Assembly (NCBI GenBank): GCA_963811105.1
Contig: CAWEPZ010000011.1
Span: 256,001-320,000 of the forward strand
Direction: 5' to 3'
Length of the DNA: 64,000 nucleotides
Origin: Candidatus Bathyarchaeota archaeon
GTDB lineage: Archaea > Thermoproteota > Bathyarchaeia > Bathyarchaeales > Bathycorpusculaceae
Below, one piece after another: positions 60,832-64,000 of the stretch. Position 1 is the first letter of the stretch, and every line of letters begins with the position of its first letter. A program made the translations under genes and the position numbers. The notes below the pieces were generated by a model. The model saw only the letters and a list, made by a program, of their open reading frames with translations. It was not told the DNA's origin and did not search any database.

Positions 60832-61118
60832 AGAAAACGAAAAAAACGAGGATTCTGACGGTTAATCTTGATTGGCTAGAGTTATTTGAGAAGCCAACTT
60901 CAGCTCATGAATTGTTTAAACATAGTTCTTACAGTTCCTACGCTGGAGCTCATAAACAAGTTCGCAGCCTTGAGCGTTTGGGGCTTATAGCTTTGACGGA
61001 TTCTGCGCTCAACTGTAAAGGTACTATTAAGAAGCTTTTTGTTTTAACTGATAAGGGGCGTTCGTTCCTTAGGCTTATTCCACCTGAAGCTTTGATTCAG
61101 GGTGAGGAGGACCCTTAG
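60828..61118 (+). CDS. Winged-helix protein (ArsR/PadR-like)
   Basis: PTSAHEL...AHKQVRSLERLGLI...FVLTDKGR. Confidence 0.65.
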   Translation: MKKTKKTRILTVNLDWLELFEKPTSAHELFKHSSYSSYAGAHKQVRSLERLGLIALTDSALNCKGTIKKLFVLTDKGRSFLRLIPPEALIQGEEDP

Positions 61119-61120
61119 TT

Positions 61121-61315
61121 TTGGTGAATTGTGCTTGTGGTTTGACTGCTCGTGAACGGGAGATTTTGCGGCTAGCGGCTTTGGGTTTGACTGATTATAA
61201 GATTGCTCGTAAACTAAGAGTTGAGGCGCCCAACGTTACTCGTTCCCGGTTGAATGCAATTAAGAAGATTGAGAGGGCCAAGGCGGACTTGGCGTTTTTC
61301 GACGGTTTGGGCTAG
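61121..61315 (+). CDS. LuxR-type HTH protein
   Basis: LTAREREILRLAALGLTDYKIARKL.V...V. Confidence 0.8.
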   Translation: MVNCACGLTAREREILRLAALGLTDYKIARKLRVEAPNVTRSRLNAIKKIERAKADLAFFDGLG

Positions 61316-61825
61316 GAGGTATCGAAGGTTAATCTGATTAGTAAAACAAAGAAACCTTGACTAATCACTTCGAGCTTAGTTGAAGATGTTTGACGAATAA
61401 ACTTTTAAGGTAAAATCAAACTAACAGTTGTTTGGCTATTATTAAAAGAATTAAGGTGTTGGCAACTGTTTTATCAGTATTTCTTCTTGCAGGTAGCTCA
61501 CTAATTTTTGCGGATGCTAACTTCACTTCTCCAACTTATCTGCCAGTTTCGTTTTCAAGACCCATGGTTTCAGGGCACAAACACTCCATGTTTCGCTTGT
61601 TCCTCCAAATCTCTCAACCAGCACCTGATTACTCCTCTTTGCAGTTCCTATTTGGAACTGAGGTTGCAGTAACCACAACTGACGGTATGATTGACGGCAA
61701 CTGGCTCCTAGATACATTTGAGGCTTCAAGAGATAACCCGTACCCTAACTGGGACTGCACTATCATGCTGATAAAAAGGAGCAAAAACATAGTTTATGGC
61801 TAAGTGGGGAAATCAAATAGTCAAC

Positions 61826-62230
61826 ACTGGGAGTCATTTGGCGTCTTGGGCGGGTTTGGCGCCATCGGTTTATCAGTCTGCGGGCGTGTTTGTTACGGGT
61901 CATATTACGAAGAAGGGTTCTAAGTGGCTTAGGCATGTTATGGTTGAAGTGGCTCATGTTGCCGTGAGGGTTAGGAGTTCGCGGTTGCGGGCGTTTTATT
62001 TGAGGAAGAAGGCTAGGAAGGGTGAGAAGATTGCTGTTGTGGCTGTTGCTAGGAAGATGTTGACGGTTATTTGGCATTTGCTGAAGGAAGGTGAGATGTA
62101 TGTTGATGACGTGTTTGGGAAGAAGGTCAAAGGAGTGAAGGTTGCGTATTGTGGGCATGTTTCTTTAGATGAGATGGCTAGGATTTTGCGTGAGGCTGGA
62201 TTCATGGTGTTGGGTGGTTCGGACGGCTGA
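61826..62230 (+). mobile_element. IS110-family transposase, C-terminal fragment only
   Basis: HLASWAGLAPSVYQSAG, GHITKKGSKWLR, AVVAVARKML..IWHLL; RuvC domain absent. Confidence 0.85.
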
Positions 62231-62286
62231 AGAAGAAAAGACTTTTCATTGCAAAAAAAAAATAAAATAATTCTTTATTTCTTCCG

Positions 62287-64000
62287 CTAGCACGTTCCAT
62301 ACCAAACGAAAATGCTTGTATCAGAATACATTAGTATCGATTGCCCATTGTAATACTGGTTGTAGTTTTCATCGATAATTGCGACTAGACTCTCATCATA
62401 CCAATAGTACGGGTTATAGGTAGGGTCATCCACCGTAACCGTGTGGTAGCCTGGCGTCACATGAATAAGCATTGTCGCTGTTCCAGCCCAATTGCCATCA
62501 ACATAAACATTAGGAGTTAATGTGTTGTAAGAGTAGCCGTCGATTGCCTCCACATATAGTATGCAGGTAGTAACTTCAGAATAGCAAGCCGTCAACGTAC
62601 CACCGGTCCAAAGCGGAATATTAGCTGGATCCCTACACCATTGATCACCACTATATTCGAAGTATTCAAATTGATAACCGCTGATAGAAGGCACACTTAC
62701 GGTATACTCTTGTTGCGTCTGTATGTTGAAACAATTAAAATAATAACTGCCCGTTCCGACTTGTTCGCTGTTTATGGTGAATTCAGGAGATAGCTGATTG
62801 TTACTGTTATCTAAATCTACAGCGTTTAGATTAACGTATGGCTGGTAAAGCTCTATAAGGCTGTCGCCAAAAACCTGCATGCTATTCTTGGTATCAATCT
62901 CATGTCCTGGAAAACCCTGAGGATACCAGCCTGGATTATTGAAAGGGTACTGCATCGACTGATCTCCAGGCCACCACAAGTTATAACCCTGGCAGAGTAT
63001 GCTCGACGTGTAAGTTGTGCTGAAGATTGATATTGACGCCTGATTCAATGAATCACGGATGTCATACCCATTCACAAGCGCGTTGTAGTAGAAGTCTTGT
63101 ATGAAATTTTTCATTGACGGAGTCCACTGCTCTTCAAAGGTCTGTGTGTCGTTGCCTATCCAGGGTGAAAATCCATAGAAACTTATGAAGCACTGTCCAC
63201 TACTATCTGGAGAATTATATCCATCAGTGTTGCTTACGCCGTTGTGCATCCAAGCGTCACAAATGGGAGTTATGCCAACAAGACCGCTACTGGTTTCCGC
63301 CTGACAGCAGACCCATAGAAGTTCAAAGGTGTACTTATTATTCGTAACTGACTGATTGATGTAAGAGGCAGTTATGTAATTACCCGTATTGTCAACATAA
63401 CCATTACCATAGCCAATCATGTGTCCGTATTGAAATACTGTACAATGGTCGTAAGTTGCCGCGTCAGAAGAAGCATTACCCCCTACGTTTGCGACGGTAG
63501 TGTCACCCTCAACATTATTGAACGTCGTGTAATCGGAGGCTGCAAAATCGTTGTCTAATTGCCCCTGCACCCAATATGCTGCATCCTTTTCCTCTTGTGT
63601 CTGAGGAGGCGACCCGTTTCCGCCATCCAGTGAACCATAGATTCTGGCTGAGCTATTAGGAAACACTGAATCTGCCTTGACTGCGGATATTGCAGCGCTT
63701 AAAATGATAACACTGCAGAGCAATAATCCCCATAGCATGGGGTTGAATAGTTTTTTTCCTCCTGCAAGTTTCGAGATTCTTTTTTTGCTAACAAACAAAG
63801 CCCCTACACACAGAATCGCTACAATCACAATGGGCGCTGTTAACATCATTGAGCTCTGACTCGCGTCTGTGGCAACACCCGGAATCACTGTTTGACTTGC
63901 CGTTGGCTGAGTAGCTTTTGCAATTCCACTGTCGGCAGTCATTAACTCTGTTGAGCCGACTTGGCCAGTGTCAGCCCACACCGTTACCGCTATTCCTGAC
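62287..64000 (-). CDS. Large secreted or membrane-associated protein (5' part outside the window)
   Basis: Two TM segments, then a Tyr/Asn/Gly-rich extracellular region with a PEGA-like VYVDG...TPGYHTVTV domain. Confidence 0.65.
   Translation of the reverse strand, partial: SGIAVTVWADTGQVGSTELMTADSGIAKATQPTASQTVIPGVATDASQSSMMLTAPIVIVAILCVGALFVSKKRISKLAGGKKLFNPMLWGLLLCSVIILSAAISAVKADSVFPNSSARIYGSLDGGNGSPPQTQEEKDAAYWVQGQLDNDFAASDYTTFNNVEGDTTVANVGGNASSDAATYDHCTVFQYGHMIGYGNGYVDNTGNYITASYINQSVTNNKYTFELLWVCCQAETSSGLVGITPICDAWMHNGVSNTDGYNSPDSSGQCFISFYGFSPWIGNDTQTFEEQWTPSMKNFIQDFYYNALVNGYDIRDSLNQASISIFSTTYTSSILCQGYNLWWPGDQSMQYPFNNPGWYPQGFPGHEIDTKNSMQVFGDSLIELYQPYVNLNAVDLDNSNNQLSPEFTINSEQVGTGSYYFNCFNIQTQQEYTVSVPSISGYQFEYFEYSGDQWCRDPANIPLWTGGTLTACYSEVTTCILYVEAIDGYSYNTLTPNVYVDGNWAGTATMLIHVTPGYHTVTVDDPTYNPYYWYDESLVAIIDENYNQYYNGQSILMYSDTSIFVWYGTC

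Larger units (their letters stand above)
56464..61315 (+). mobile_element. Integrated virus/plasmid-like gene run (probably incomplete)
   Basis: About 13 short co-oriented ORFs, many joined by GTGA/ATGA-type overlaps; RHH, PolX, Rep-like and several HTH genes; visibly more GC-rich than its flanks. Confidence 0.7.

Noticed and set aside
61763-62158. 131-aa minus-strand ORF
   Set aside because: Antisense shadow of the G/T-skewed IS110 fragment.

Overview
Archaeal DNA (TFB gene, archaeal-type PurC, Hdr/Mvh genes, TATA-type promoters). The gene content suggests a Bathyarchaeia-like anaerobe, but this is inference. The window has two halves. (1) 1-27.5 kb is an intact metabolic region: purC/purE; a minus-strand hydrogenase cluster (hoxEFUYH, then hdrCB-mvhGA with no hdrA or mvhD, a YgbA-like gene and one maturation protease); an acyl-CoA synthetase-GNAT fusion; and a livGF-paaK-iorAB-livKHM-paaI aryl/branched-chain acid operon whose IorA carries an inserted 4x[4Fe-4S] ferredoxin domain. 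This half ends at tRNA-Cys(GCA). (2) 27.5-64 kb is an accessory, partly decayed region. It holds several degenerate copies of the tRNA-Cys 3' end, two PD-(D/E)xK-like nucleases, pseudogenes, a TFB copy, an intact TIR-bounded IS, an IS110 fragment and small zinc-finger proteins. It also holds a ~5 kb virus/plasmid-like gene run with a minimal PolX, a wHTH-fused candidate Rep_trans-type rolling-circle initiator and several HTH proteins. No CRISPR array, cas gene, rRNA, integrase or capsid gene was recognised. All family calls are by eye from motifs; no database search was run.
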